NCBI GenBank assembly: GCA_951406725.2
Contig: OX597832.1
Location: 58,652,001-58,716,000, forward strand
From: Octopus vulgaris
Lineage: Eukaryota
Length of the DNA: 64,000 bases
Direction: 5' to 3'
Made by a program: the position numbers and the translations under genes. The notes beneath the pieces are model-generated. The model saw only the letters and a program-made list of their open reading frames with translations, did not search any database and was not told the origin of the DNA. Shown here in pieces: positions 28,340-44,120 of this stretch. Positions within the stretch are counted from its first letter, which is position 1, and the number at the start of each line of letters is the position of its first letter.

Positions 28340-28735
28340 AAGGCTGGTAGTTGGCAGAATCGTAAGCGCACCAAAATATTGAACGGCACTTCGCCCGCCT
28401 TCACGTTCTGAATCCAAAATTCTGTTGAGACCAACTTTGCCTTCCATCCTTTCGGGGTCGATAAAATAAGTACCAATTGCGTCCTGGGATCGATGTAATC
28501 GATTTACCTCCTTCACCGACATTACTGGTCTTGTGCCAAAATATGAAACCGATAATGTTCTAAGAATATTTCGTCTGTCTTTACGTTCTGAGTTCAAATT
28601 CCGCCGAGGTCGACTGTGTCTTCCATCCTTTCGGGGTCGATAAATCAAATACCAATTGCATAGTGGGGTTGATCTAATCGACTGGCCCCATCCCCCAAAA
28701 TCTGGGGCCTTTTGCCTCGAGTAGAAAAGAATATT
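28340..28735 (+). mobile_element. SINE family C tandem, diverged
   Basis: Two cttccatcctttcggggtcgataaa cores. Confidence 0.75.
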
Positions 28736-29189
28736 CTAAGAATATTGGCCTAAAAGTTTTGTAGCATCTAGTTTAGTCTTCTTTTATCAGCTCAAGTACC
28801 AGTGATGTCAACTTGACTTTCATTCTTCTACAGTTGATAAAATATATCCTGACAATATGAGGTAAAACATATAATGGTTTATCTATCTCCTTACAGAACT
28901 GTCTATATTCAGAATATGTAAAATAATGCTGATTAGGCAATTTAAAATAATGGTATTGGAATATTTAGCTAGAATTGCTTCTATCGTTGAAGAAGAACAT
29001 ATAGTTAGGAACAGACAAACATAATTAAGGTAGGAAAGAAAAAAAAATTTAAATTCCCAATATCTGAATACAGTACTTTGAAGACGTTTTACAAATGTGA
29101 CGATATATTGGATAATACAGTTCGAAATAACAGACAAATAACTGAAAGGAAAAAGAGATGGTGTTGTCAGTTCTGGAATGGTTTAGACA

Positions 29190-29394
29190 CGAAGGGTTGC
29201 TGAAAAATTTTCTGGCTTTCGGTAAAAGAAAATACAGGACTATCCGTTAATTATGATCTTGTTCAGAATCACACACTTATTGCAGCGGTCCTTCACTTTT
29301 TCTAAGCCCTATAAAAGAACTCGAAACGTTGCGCCTCCAGCCAAGCTTTCCGCAAGCAATATCCTTAAAGCTAAGAACCCTTCAGCACCCTTTG
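29190..29394. mobile_element. Mariner-derived MITE (same family as 36227-36447)
   Basis: TIR cgaagggttgctgaaa / ttcagcaccctttg-TA; shared acacttattgcagc(g/c)gtccttca. Confidence 0.65.
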
Positions 29395-30015
29395 TAAGGG
29401 TTGTCCGTAATGAGTCGTGGCCTGGTGTATCAACTCACCTAAGTTAAGAAAAGAGATCCGCTTTCAATTTCAAACTTACGCAACATTTCGCTTATCTTAG
29501 CAGAAATAGTATTGAACGCCACAACCTCTCAGAGACGGTGGATAAAAGGTATTAGATGGAATATGTGTGTTTGTGTGTGTGTATTTGCGTGTGTTTGTCG
29601 TATGTGCGTGCTTCTGTCTGTGAATGACCGTTTGTATTACATGAGAAAGAAAGAGAGAGAAATAGAGAAAAGAAAAAAGACATTTGAAAAAACATACGTC
29701 ACAATGCGCAGAGCTTCACCACAACGTTGAATTCCTGGGAAAATACATGTAAAATATATATTCGCGCAGTAAAAGGCACCAGTCAAATGGCGTATTTCAA
29801 ATGGTTAACGCATGCCCTATTTCTCAAAGAAAGAAGAGCTTTGCTATCATAGCAGCAAGAATTTCCTATTAAATAGTCTGTGTGTGTTATCCCATTTTCT
29901 TTCAGTCTTTTTTTTCTCTTTCTTAGTTCTCAGAGCTATTCACACGAAACTTCAATTCATGTCTATAAGAGAATAATCTCAGATCTATCTATCTACCTAT
30001 TTATCTCTGTCTGTA

Positions 30016-30302
<287 letters not shown>

Positions 30303-30630
30303 CAGTCTGTCAATCTATCTGTTTGTCTATCTATTTATCTCTCTCTCACTCTCTCTCCTTCTCTATCTCTATAAGTGTGTGTGTATTTATATGTATGATG
30401 TGTGTGGATTTATTCGAAGGAATTTTTCTGGTTGTATACCATAGAAGAACTATTTGTAAATATTTCCATCATGACAGGGATTTGTATGATCTATACCACA
30501 CTATGCGTGTGCGCATGCATACGTATACTTATAAATATATATACACCACCCACATACATATATATATATATATATACGCGTGGGGATGCATGTGCATGTG
30601 TGAGTGTATCTACATGCATATACACACACA

Positions 30631-30708
<78 letters not shown>

Positions 30709-30715
30709 TGTATGC

Positions 30716-30747
<32 letters not shown>

Positions 30748-31202
30748 TTTCGTATATAAAACTATGTATGTTTCTATGTACGCATGTAAAAATTTGGTGA
30801 AAGAAATTTTTTTTTGTTTATTAGAAATTTTTTTTAAAATTCCAAATATGTCAAAACTGCTTTCCTTCATTGTCTTCAAGATTTTGAAATTGAAGTTTTT
30901 AAAAGGAAAAGAGGGGGGAAGCATAAAAAAAATCCCCCAACGAATGGAATAAACTGTACTGGTATCTGTGTTAATGCATATACGAACTAATCACCAGGTG
31001 CATGGAAAGAAAATTCAGCAGTAGATTGTATTAATAGGAATCACAACAGGAATTATCTCTAGATTCTTTCGCGAAGTGTATTTGCTAAAGAAAAACGTAT
31101 ACTTAAACATCTAAACATTTAATGGATGGTGGATGAAGGCTGTTTCAAGGAAACCATATACATCTATGTATGTATGTACGTGTATGTACGTATCTATCCC
31201 CC

Positions 31203-31274
<72 letters not shown>

Positions 31275-31423
31275 AAAAATATATATATGTATTTATATAT
31301 ATATCTATATATATTTATATCTGTATCTATATCTATATACATACATATATAGAATATGTATATATATATATGTACACATATATAAATATATACGTCATAT
31401 ATATGTGCGTGTTTGTCTCTCAA

Positions 31424-31494
<71 letters not shown>

Positions 31495-31699
31495 GTATAT
31501 ATATATGTGTATATATATATATATGTATATATATATCTATGCGCGTATGTATATATATATATATATATATATTCACAAATACATGTGTACATGTATATAT
31601 CAACGTATATATATAAATATATGTGTATATCTACATATACATAAATATATATATATATGTGCATATATAAATATAAATACACACACACACATACACACG

Positions 31700-31767
<68 letters not shown>

Positions 31768-32640
31768 GCGTATCTTATAAGTTAGATACCTTTTATTTAT
31801 TATTTTTTCGACAATGTTCTATGCAGTCGTATTACTCAAGATATTGCACCTATTATGAAATATGTGCTCATACTGGGCCATATAAATATTCCTACACATC
31901 TGCCTGCGGTAGTCGTTGAATAGTTTCAGCAAAGTATTGAAAAGGCAAATTGCAACATTAATCCCGCAAATCACCATCGTGTGCAGTAACATTATGATAT
32001 TTACGAATGGAATTAGAAGCCATATTTGTGGTGAATATACATTTAACAGACAGAGACGTAAATGCAATGATACTCTGCGACTTGCTTATATCGACACTCT
32101 GTCAAGTTGGAATATAACAGCCTTGAAAATAGTTTTACTTTGAGTATAAATACAAAGAACTCAGCCCGCGATCGATTTTTCTCCTCTAGGATATTTTGGC
32201 CATAACACGTCTGAACAAAAGTTGAATGTTAGAATTACAGTGAATGCTGGGCGTTATTTTACAGACTCTGTTGTAATGACTGATGGTTATATTTCAAGTT
32301 GAACTAACCACTGACACTAAAATTTCATAATTATTAAATGGGTTTATAAATGACTTAAACTTCAGTGAAACTGAAGTTATTTTTACTTCTGATGTGTAAA
32401 CCGTCGTGTGTTTCCTATATTGAATAGCTGAAGTATGAGTTAACTTTATAATGAGCGAGATAACAATAGCTTTGGGGAAATATCTTCTGTTATGAATAAA
32501 TTAAAGGATTGCACGGATCGCAGGAGCCGGGTGAATAAGATATCGGTTAATGATCATGAGCCGATATCTTGTTAATGATAGTGAAGTGTGCCCTTGAGGG
32601 GAGGTATTCGGTTCTACCTGACTCAGCATATTAAACAGAG

Positions 32641-32681
<41 letters not shown>

Positions 32682-32729
32682 GCAAGAAGACAAAGATAAG
32701 GAAAGAAAGAAATGGATATATAGATATAG

Positions 32730-32766
<37 letters not shown>

Positions 32767-33150
32767 AAGGGATAAAGAGAAAGATAGAAAGCTTTCGGTC
32801 GGTATGGGCATAGAAGGTAATTAAAAATTAATGCGGAATTTAGGTCGCTTAAACTTTCCTGATTTAACCATGTCAAAGAAACTGGCGCAATCCGGAATGA
32901 CATCTGGCATTCATGAATACACCAGTCTATTATTTCTCTCATACTTCGCAAAAATTTCCACACCAACATTCATCAAATAGAAAAAAGACGGTGACAAACT
33001 ACTGTACTGTAACTTGTTATATCGTCCAACGCCCAAACCTTAATACATAGGTTCAAATCTTATGTGAAGCTGTTTTTGGATAGAGGTTTGTGTGGAAGCA
33101 AAGCATTTTCTTTGAGATTAACATATCATACTTTATCAAGTTAAAGAGAT

Positions 33151-33534
33151 TTGGAAGCACTCCGTCGGTTACGACGACGAGTGTTCCGGTTGATCCGATC
33201 AACGGAACAGCCTGCTCGTGAAATTAACGTGTAAGTGGCTGAGCACTCCACAGACACGTGACCCTTAACGTAGTTCTCGGGGATATTCAGCGTGACACAG
33301 AGAGTGACAAGGCCGGCCCTTTGAAATACATGTACAACAGAAACAGGAAGTAAGAGTGAGAGAAAGTTGTGGTGAAAGAGTACAGCAGGGATCACCACCA
33401 TCCCTGCCGGAGCCTCGTGGAGCTTTAGGTGTTTTCACTCAATAAACACTCACAACGCCCGGTCTGGGAATCGAAACCGCGATCCTACGACCGCGTGTCC
33501 GCTGCCCTAACCACTGGACCATAGCGCCTCCACC
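33151..33534 (-). mobile_element. SINE family A, full length, 12-bp TSD agttaaagagat
   Basis: Reverse complement of 43738-44120; TSD at 33139-33150 and 33535-33546. Confidence 0.9.
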
Positions 33535-34889
33535 AGTTAAAGAGATGCCTATTGGTCGGTAGAGTTACCATGAGGATCGGATATCGCTGATTCATTACTT
33601 GTCAGCGGAATCGATTTGTCTTAGATGTTGAAGCAAGTAAATTTGAAATGATATAATTAGTTGAAAGTTGTTCTTGTAAATTATTTTACAACCCCAGGCC
33701 AGCCCTGAATTAGGCATAACCAGAGACAAAGAATGTACATCTGTGAATATTCTGTTCAAATTTTTATCGACCTTAGCTGCGATAGATTATCTTATATTTT
33801 ATTTCTTTCAAAGATTGTCTGATACGATTTAAAGGTAATTTAAGCTGTTATTTCTATGTAGCCAAGCGACTCCATACAAGCTCCTTAGTTTCTTCCTTCT
33901 ATATTTAGTAGGTCTCACAACTACTTTGCATTATACCCCTTCCGGAACCACAGGATGGTATCGGTCGTTACTTTCATTTACTGGACAACAGTAACGTTAC
34001 ACGGAATTCTGTGAAAAGACATTCTCTAGGAGACCAATCAGTATCATACATAGAGGAAGTTATTCCTCGTTTACTCAAAGCTACAAAAGCACGTTCTATG
34101 AGGTTTTTATTTCGAAAGGATTCGCTTATTACATTTCGGAAACACGTGTAGTTGAGGCGAAAAAGATACTTGGTCAAATATACTCCACGTGTACGATGTT
34201 GGGTATACATTTAGTAAGCAAAATACATAAGATCGGTAATTTTTATCCCTATTATTAACACGGCTTCTAGCTTTAAGCATTCAATAAACATGTAACTCGT
34301 GGCTCTTATAAAGCGTTCTCTGATATTTAACATGCTAAGATGGTAAATGAAAAAGCAGTTCTTGAGGTCTGGGATTAAACCTGAATTATTCCATAAAACG
34401 GGATAAGATGCTTATACTTGAAACGGTAATAATTCTAACATGAAATTTCTAATATCGCCGAAGCGGTTATATATTACTCAACATCTTAACATTGATTGGA
34501 CGCCATATTAACAAGTGTAACCTCCGCTATGTTATACAGGGAGGCGAACAATGCTGTAAAATGCTCTGTCGATATTGGATGGCTGCCTTCATTTGACGAA
34601 TGCTTACCACATGCATACATAGCACATACGTACGCAGATATTTGCATACACATGCACATATATTCACACATACATCCTTATATATATATATATATATACG
34701 AACATACTTGCCTACATACATACATTCTTGTATACACAAAGGCACAAATGCTTAAAAGCATATATACATATCCGTGCCTACGTATCTACTTATACATATA
34801 TGCATATATGTATACTCACGCACATGTGTATATATGTCTTTCTATCTATCTATCTATCTATTTTATCATTCTGTCTATCAATATATATT

Positions 34890-34954
<65 letters not shown>

Positions 34955-34966
34955 CACATATTTACG

Positions 34967-35058
<92 letters not shown>

Positions 35059-35829
35059 CATTTACATACATATATATATATAGAAACATGTATACATTCA
35101 CACACATACCTGCGCGCACACAAACACATAGTCAGACACATACGCACACATATACATGCATATACATGCTTATAAATACAGACTGCAATAATGGATGTAC
35201 GAGTGAAAGATGTCAAGGAACTGACCGGAAATTAAGCTTAACAACAGTTATTCAACGATGTTATTCAAATGCCTGCACGCCTAAAACATCAGCCATATGA
35301 CTGGAGCCAACACATCCAATCACTCTAATATTTATGTTCCAAGCCAAAAGGTCGTAACATCATAGCAGTATAAGCAGAAGCAACATAACCATTGCTTAAA
35401 AGGTAAGAAACAACCTTTAGAAGCTGTTAATGCTGTATTTATGAGAAAAAGTACCATATAAATTGTGATTTCGATTAAATTGTCTAGCATTATTTCCTAC
35501 AAAAATTTGTCCCTATTCGGGCATAAAAATTAAATTAAAATTCGTGTTAGGTATCTGAGACACGAAATCCACATGTATCTGCTGGCTCTTACTCGTGTAC
35601 TACCGTTCGCTAATATACACTCATCGAAAAAAGTAAATAGCTACCGAATATCTGAAGGAAAGTTCTCCGAACGAGCCAACAAGGTTGATATGATATGTAG
35701 CCTAGTCGATGAAACTCTGAGAAATAATATTCAATGCTTCTTAGAATAAAATCCTGATTTAGGATTTTTAAAGGGAACAAGAACAAGGAAGAACCTAAAA
35801 CCTTAAATAAAGTAGATCTAAAAAATATA

Positions 35830-35898
35830 CGAGGATGTGCTGAAGAGTTCCTGGATTGTGGATACTCCCGAAGCTCAAACTTTTTCAGCAGTCTCTCC
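35830..35898. mobile_element. Minimal mariner-type MITE (essentially TIRs only)
   Basis: TA-cgaggatgtgctgaagagttcctgga ... aaactttttcagcagtctctcc-TA. Confidence 0.5.
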
Positions 35899-36226
35899 TA
35901 TGTACACATGTAATATGATTTAGTTATTGAATTTATTTATCGATACGGTGGTACATTGAGTAAATGTATTTGATAGTTGTGGCTTCTTTGGTTTGTTTAT
36001 TCCCCCAAAACACTTATTTTAATGCTGTTGACACCACCGGATTGAATGGTACTGCTCAGGTGTCGAAACCATAATGATATCTGTGGGGATGCTGATGATG
36101 GAGGTGTGTTGGCTTGTCGGTATGGCTGTTTTTGTATATGTGGGATAATATTATTGGATTGTTGGTATGGCTGTGGAATAGTTATATAACACATTCTTAT
36201 GATATATATATATATATATATATATA

Positions 36227-36447
36227 CGAGGTTGTGTCCGAAACGTTTCTGGATTTGGTGAAAAGAAAATACAGGAGGCGGATCAGTTAATTATGATTTT
36301 ATTCAACATATTAACCTCTCAGATTCAGACACTTATTGCAGCCGTCCTTCAGTTTTTCTATATCCTGTAAAAGAATTGGCGAGTTTGGGCCTCCAACCAG
36401 GCCTTTCGCGATAACCTCAAAGTCAGGGACGTCTCAGCACTCCCTCG
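36227..36447 (-). mobile_element. Mariner-derived MITE retaining the transposase C-terminus
   Basis: TA-cgagg.../...cctcg-TA; minus strand WLEAQTRQFFYRI*KLKDGCNKCL..RG*YVE resembles the mariner C-terminal KC...G.YVE motif. Confidence 0.75.
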
Positions 36448-36504
36448 TACTGAAAACTCATACGACAGATTCTTGCTCAGCCGTTGTATATACACAGACA
36501 CATT

Positions 36505-36509
<5 letters not shown>

Positions 36510-36538
<29 letters not shown>

Positions 36539-36930
36539 TGTATGTATGTATGTATGTATGTATGTATGTATATATGTATGTATGTATGTATGCATGCATG
36601 TATGTATGAATGTATGTATGTATGTATGTATGTACGTATGTATGTATGTATATATGTATGAATGTATGTATGTATGTATGTATGCATGTATGTATGAATG
36701 CATGTATGTATGTATGTATGTATGTATGAATGTATGTATGTATGTATGTATGAATGTATGTATGTATGTATGCATGTATGTATGTATGTATGCATGTATG
36801 TATGAATGTATGTATGTATGTATGAATGTATCTATGTATGTATGTATGCATGTATGTATGTATGCATCTATGTATGCATGCATGTATGTATGTATGTATG
36901 TATGTATGTATTTATGTATGTATGTATGTG
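36510..36930. repeat. (TATG)n tract
   Basis: Direct reading. Confidence 0.95.
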
Positions 36931-37285
36931 TGCATGCATGCATGTATGTTTGTATCTATCTATCTATCTATCTTTAAAGTTTTGTAGAACTAACAAGATA
37001 AATTAGAATTTAGTACCTGAATATAAACGACATATATTTTTAACCGAATATTTATGTTTTTAACCGAAAAAAGTCACAAAGTGATTCAAGAATCGAACGT
37101 TTCATTAATGACCGAGAAGTTAATTTGACAAATTCCACGGACGAAAGTCTCCGCCCTGGAATCGCTTTGTAGCTTCCGCTCATTGAAATTACATAAATAC
37201 ATATATACATGCATGCATACATACATATATACATGCGTGTATACATACCTACATAATACACACACACACATATATAAATGCATAC

Positions 37286-37318
<33 letters not shown>

Positions 37319-37360
37319 CGCGCGCATGTACGTAATATATATATACATATATGCATTATG

Positions 37361-37399
<39 letters not shown>

Positions 37400-38669
37400 A
37401 TGTACATGCGTGTGTGTGTATGTGTGTGCGTGCGCATATACAAGCGTACTCATATGAAGTGCATTTCTTGGAAACATGTATGGATGTTTTATTTCTGCCA
37501 GTTAATATTATTGTATTCCATAAAATGTCATTTAAACTTGTGTAGTAAAAATTTTGTCAGCTTTTCACAAACTCTTGTCAACATGTTTCGAAAAATACCA
37601 AATAACAATAAAAAATAATATTAAAAAAAGAATATAAAATAATAATTCCAACGAACAGAAAACATGAAATATTTTTTGGTAAAAGTATTTTTACGTTGTT
37701 TTATTTATTTATATAATTATCTATTGATTATTGTGAATTCTTCTTTATTGTTTTCATTTTTAATTTGTTTTTGTTCTAATGCACCTAATATTAATTCTAA
37801 AATGATTGTTGGAACTAATCTAAACGGTTAATTCTTTCTATCCCAAAGGGAGCAATTTGTCTTTTTCACAACACTTCTATAATGAAATGACGGAAGATTT
37901 TGTGACATGATGTCGGAATAGTTTAAGTGTTGTCGATCTTGAAATGAAAGGAAAAGCCCTGAAAAAGAGACAAATTACCTGAAAATCTTTCAATAACTTT
38001 TGTTTATTTATTTATTGCTTTGCTTTGTTCTTGGCAAATATCTTCTTTTCTTTACCGCGCTCCGCGAGAAACGTCAAAGCTATTTAGCTGATTAGATTTA
38101 AAGTGTCTTACGTTCGCCTTGTCATTTGTCTCATCGCATAAAGCCAACGAAGAGATCTGGCACACGTGATTATATAACAACACATGATAGGTTCATTGCA
38201 ATAGAGTGATGTCGACAATGCTGCTGCCGTTATTGTTGTAGTTGTTGTTGTTGTTTCTGTTGGTTATGTTGTTGTTGTTGACGTCATCGATGTTCCCGTT
38301 TATCAATGTATTTGTCATTGCAATTCTAGTCACACTCTCTTTTCTCTCTCTCTCTCTCTCTCTCTTCCTCTTATTTGTTTTCCTCTTTCTATTCCTCTCT
38401 ACACTGCCAAGTGTAACTTTTGACTTAGATTTCACAAAACCGAATCAATCAGATGTACACGATAATATCATACCATGCAAAACGGAAAAATCAAACAGGA
38501 ATATCAAACAACAACAACAACAAAAACAACAACTCATGACAACAACAACAACAACAGCAACAACAACATAGCAGCAATAAATACGTCACTTCAGTATGCC
38601 GAAACACACGGAAAATGAAATGAACAAATATAAAAAAAAGGAAAATATTACCAAATTTTTACACGTTTG

Positions 38670-39140
<471 letters not shown>

Positions 39141-39202
39141 ATGTTTGTTAAGTTTAATTTTAGAAGATTACTTCCTGCATACTTCGCTACTCGAAATTGC
39201 GC

Positions 39203-39238
<36 letters not shown>

Positions 39239-40084
39239 CCAAAGTCGTGACCTCTGATCTGTTAATACTGACATCGTGTGTTTGTTTGACCTGCGATATT
39301 TCCCGCAAAACTCTGTTTTCCATTTGCCCTCAACAATATTTATAATGAGGCTGACTTATGACCCATGTGACACGTGTACACCGTTCAATCCATAACGTTT
39401 TAAGTAAGTGAAATAACCGCCATTGCTGTTAGATTACAAAATGTAGTTCTGTTATTATACAGCTGTCTGTTATATATGTTCAGCTATAAATTTGTTGGAT
39501 GTGTATTGTTCTTAGCTGTAAGCAACCCTGAACTTGTAACCACTCTCATTAATTGTATTATATAATTCTACTGACATTTGTAGGGGAGAGTTTAGTTGCG
39601 GACGTTTTCGCCTAAATGGTTTTCGTGAATAGGATTCTGTTCTCGTATGAATCGAAGCGCTATTTCTGTCACTGATCTCTCGTGGGAATTAAATGAATGC
39701 TCCAGTCTCGTGTACCCCTCTTGCTTGGATCCTAAAATGTTCAAATATTCAGACTCTATGCCCAATGTTAAATAATCGCAATCGAGTCACGCATACCTCT
39801 TGACTTCTGTGAAAACCCTGGAGATGAAATTAATGCAGTGTTGTTTTCGTTTTGGCGGCATGCACTGAAATATATTCTCATCATATTCTTTCTCAACATA
39901 GATGCAAGCATGGCTGTGTTGTTTAGAATATTACCTATCAACCACGTTGCTTCAGGTTCGATCCCACTGCGAGGCACATTGGTAACATATTTTAATTCGA
40001 CCTTTCGGTGAATAATCTAAGATAGTATTAAGAGACGCATTAAGGGAGAACATCAGACTTCTTGCCAACCTCCCCCCCCCCCAC

Positions 40085-40215
40085 AGGCCATATCACTGCT
40101 CACCGCTGTCGGGGCGGAGATTACTGACCGCCAGAGCGACCTCCGTGGCTGCTCCAGCGCACCTTCTTCGCTATCCTCCAAGGCAACGCCTTTTCCATTT
40201 GCCTGCCAGTACCAT
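40085..40215 (+). pseudogene. CRE-like non-LTR retrotransposon 3' fragment
   Basis: Translates ERPPWLLQRTFFAILQGNAFSI, similar to the CRE-clade terminal 'L.QR.S.AI.RGNA' motif. Confidence 0.55.
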
Positions 40216-40669
40216 GAGAAATGTTTCTATGTTGGGAAAGGCAAGATTACTATCGGCCCAAACATTTGTCGAGAAAATTCGCATAACTTCTAGTATCCCA
40301 TGGTTTTCCTCTCTGAGTTAAAAAGATTTCGGTTTTCAACTTTATCAATCATCATTTCTGGTTCACTAACTCTGTACCGGTTATACGCTCGGTGAGAGTC
40401 GATAAATTGTAAGAAATCTCTTCAAATGTTGTTGCTTTTTTTTTATTTTTTGCAATTGATGCTCCATTGTTTATTGAGAGCGTAGTGTAACAGACCCGCA
40501 TCATGCGCATCGTTAGTGGATGGACTAGGTTTTGATTCTACTTTCTATTATTGTAGATATAACTTGCATTTTCTTATAGAGGACTATGTTACGCATATCA
40601 ACATTCATTGTTACAACTTTCGTAGATATATATATATATGTGTGTGTGTGTGTGTATGTATGTATATTT

Positions 40670-40852
40670 GTGTGTCTGTATTTGTCAGCCCACCATCACA
40701 TGACAACTTATGTTGGTGTGTTTACGTCCCTGCACAAAGGAGACCGATAGAATAAGTACAAGGAATAAGTCACGGGGGGCGATTTATCGGCTAAAAGGCG
40801 ATGCTCCACCACGGCCGCAGTCAAATGACTGAAACCAATAAAAGATTAAAAA
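40670..40852 (+). mobile_element. SINE family B tail
   Basis: gaccgatagaataagtac...ggccgcagtcaaatgactgaaac. Confidence 0.7.
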
Positions 40853-41076
40853 ACAATAAACATGCATAAATATGTACATAGAAACAAATACCTATTGGCT
40901 GTTTTGTGAAGGTGCCCTCGGCAGTGTTTCTGTCAACCAAATTTTAGAAAGAAATCGTTTTGATGTGAAGAGACTTCGTGTGCCAAGTGTGTGTCTCGAT
41001 GTGGAATCGAAGCCGAATGAACTAAATTATAAAATTGACAAAACGACTCATACAACCACACTACAAAACCACAATT

Positions 41077-41310
41077 ACTTCGTTGTTGCACACAGGGGGC
41101 TAAACATAGAGGGCACAAACAAGGACAGAAAAAGGGATTAAGTCGATTACATCGGCCTCAGTGCGTAACTGGTACTTAATTTATCGACTCCGAAAGGATA
41201 AAAGGCAAAGTCCACCTCGGCGGAATTTGAACTCAGAACGTAAAGACAGACGAAATGCCATTATGTATTTCGCCCGGCGTGCTAACGTTTCTACCTGCTC
41301 GCCGCCTTAA
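41077..41310 (-). mobile_element. SINE family C
   Basis: Reverse complement of 10365-10593. Confidence 0.85.
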
Positions 41311-42540
41311 TGCAAAAACCCATAATATCGTTTATAAGGTGATGAGTATGGAAATTATACATATGTTAAGCAGAATTTGATCGACGAACCGATTTAGTAG
41401 ATTATACTCCACTATAGATGTGTTTACTTAACAGTTTGTAATCACATTTAGTTTTCTTGGGGTAAAACAGCAGAAAAAAAAACTGAGAAAATTAGTGCAG
41501 AGTCTGGGTCGAGAATGAAAGAATTTTGCTGCCAGCTTCTTAAATGCTTAAGACAACCTTTCACCGTTTAAACTGGCTGATTTCACGAATATATTCCAGC
41601 TGCTTTGCTACCGTAACATTGTTAATGAATAAACATTCTTAGGCTTCAAATTTATTGTAGGTCACACACGATACTATTCAGTGGTTGTAAATATGGCGCC
41701 ATACCATTTAGTGCAAGAATTTTGCAACAGCACTCAAGCTAAATATGTGTAAAACACTCAAACCAAACATTATCTACACCACTCATGTTAAAACGTGTGT
41801 GTACGTCGACGAAATACTTTATAGAAATATATCACGAAGCTGTGTTACGTTCAGTCGATTACCCCCACATACGCTACATTAAACAACACAACTACGCAGT
41901 CAGTAAATGGCACTTGTAAAATCCAAGTCATAACAGTGGAAAAACTTTCAGACGAGAGTTATACACTAAACGCTTTCGATATTAAAAGTACGCCAGCCCA
42001 TGCTTACTATTGCGAACAAATTGTATTTTGTCTGGTTTCTTTGATCGAAGTTATGCAGCGAGGAGGAAGACCAGACAAAGATAGCTGTTTTACTCAAGGT
42101 GTTTCTGTGTAGCTACTTCATGAATAGTCTTCTTTAGGTAAATGCTTTTAAGTCATAGCTCGACCTGTTGGAAATATCAGTTAAATTCTAGCCAAAAGTT
42201 ATTCTCGACGCTCTAAAAAAATACATAAAGAGATAAATAAATGAAGGTAAACGACACTTGGGATAATATACTCAATGATAGACAATGCCGTAAAATAAAA
42301 TGGTCGAAACAGTCAAGAGAAGAACGCTTTTATTAGAATCTGCTCGGTTAGGTTTAACTTGGTGTTAGACACTAATGGAGAAGACGAGTATCCTCTCGGC
42401 GATCTTTCCCTGGTTTAGGTTATATATGAACACGGATGCATGCATACATACATGTTCTCTTTGCACATATGTTTGTGAAATATTTCTGCACACACACACA
42501 CACAACACACATATGTAAATATGTATTCTGCGCATCTTTT

Positions 42541-42575
<35 letters not shown>

Positions 42576-42599
42576 ATCTATCTATTTATCTATCTCTCT

Positions 42600-42625
42600 G
42601 TCTATCTACCCATCCATCCATCCGT

Positions 42626-42682
<57 letters not shown>

Positions 42683-42706
42683 CATCCATCCATCCATCCA
42701 TCCATC

Positions 42707-42765
<59 letters not shown>

Positions 42766-42812
42766 ATCTATCTATCTATCTATCCATCTATCCATCCATC
42801 CATCCATCCATC

Positions 42813-42887
<75 letters not shown>

Positions 42888-42888
42888 C
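42600..42888. repeat. (TATC)n/(TCCA)n compound microsatellite
   Basis: Direct reading. Confidence 0.95.
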
Positions 42889-43737
42889 ATAAATCTATAT
42901 GTGTGTGTATGTGTGTGTGTGTGTATGTGTGTGTGTGTGTGTGCGTGTGCGTGTGCATATCATAATCTTGTCTTTTTTGTATATTTAGGAGGATATAAAT
43001 TGTAGAAAGAAATCGAAACATAAAACAGTGAAAATTGTAATGGAAAAGGAAAAAAAGAAAAAAGAAAAAAACAAAAGTAAGGAAACATCTTTTTAATATT
43101 AATAAGAAACGCTGTCATAAATAATGAAAGCATTTTAAAACATTTAATTACATTTTAAGAACTTTAAAAAGTGAATGTTATAAACTATTAAAGTGCGAAC
43201 GTATTTTGAATAAACGATGTTGCTATATGTGAATAGGTTGGCATTTTTTAAAATTTATATTTGCTCTACATGAATTTTATGTAGTGAATCTATAGTTTTT
43301 ACAGAGTTCTTTGGAAGTTTTAAAAAGTGTCTCCATAACAAACAGAAAGTGGTTTTTCTTGACAAGGTAGACAGTTTTTTGCTGAATATCAATCAGAAAA
43401 CATACTTATTCATACATCTATGCAAAAGAATTTCATTGTAGTTGCTATTTAAATCAAACACAAACCTTAACTTAGCCCGGTGATCACTAGGCTAATCAGA
43501 CATACCGCACATTCTTTATCGGCCTGATAAAATAATTTAGAGATATTTATCAACAGGACAGCATATATTAGAAACAAAAGATCTTCAAACTAGTTGACGT
43601 AGAGTCTGTTTTAACAATATTGTCATGATAACGGAAGTTAAACCGGAGGCGGGGATGACAACGAATGGATTTAGCAGTAAAGATGGAGTCAAGAATTCGG
43701 AATGGTAGCTGTTATATGAACGATAGTAGTAGAGAGT

Positions 43738-44120
43738 GGAGGCGCAATGGCCCAGTGGTTAGGGCAGCGGACTCGCGGTCATAGGATCGCGGTTTCGATT
43801 CCCAGACTGGGCGTTGTGAGTGTTTATTGAGCGAAAACACCTAAAAGCTCCACGAGGCTCCGGCAGGGGATGGTGGTGATCCCTGCTGTACTCTTTCACC
43901 ACAACTTTTTCTCACTCTTACTTCCTGTTTCTGTTGTACCCGTATTTCAAGGGGCCGGCCTTGTCACTCTCTGTGTCACGCTGAATATCCCCGAGAACTA
44001 CGTTAAGGGTGCACGTGTCTGTGGAGTGCTCAGCCACTTACACGTTAATTTTACGAGCAGGCTGTTCCGTTGATTCGGATCAACCGGAACCCTCATCGTC
44101 GTAACCGACTGAGTGCTTCC
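43738..44120 (+). mobile_element. SINE family A, full length tRNA-derived, TSD agtagtagaga
   Basis: Box A tggcccagtgg and box B ggtttcgattcc; flanking direct repeat. Confidence 0.9.

Noticed and set aside
39590-39640. Minus-strand gcgaaaacgtc hammerhead-like half
   Set aside because: The 5' box is unrecognisable and stem I does not pair
43738-43810. tRNA-like sequence (also at 8789 and 33460)
   Set aside because: SINE heads continuous with a SINE body and TSDs; no proper acceptor stem, so not tRNA genes
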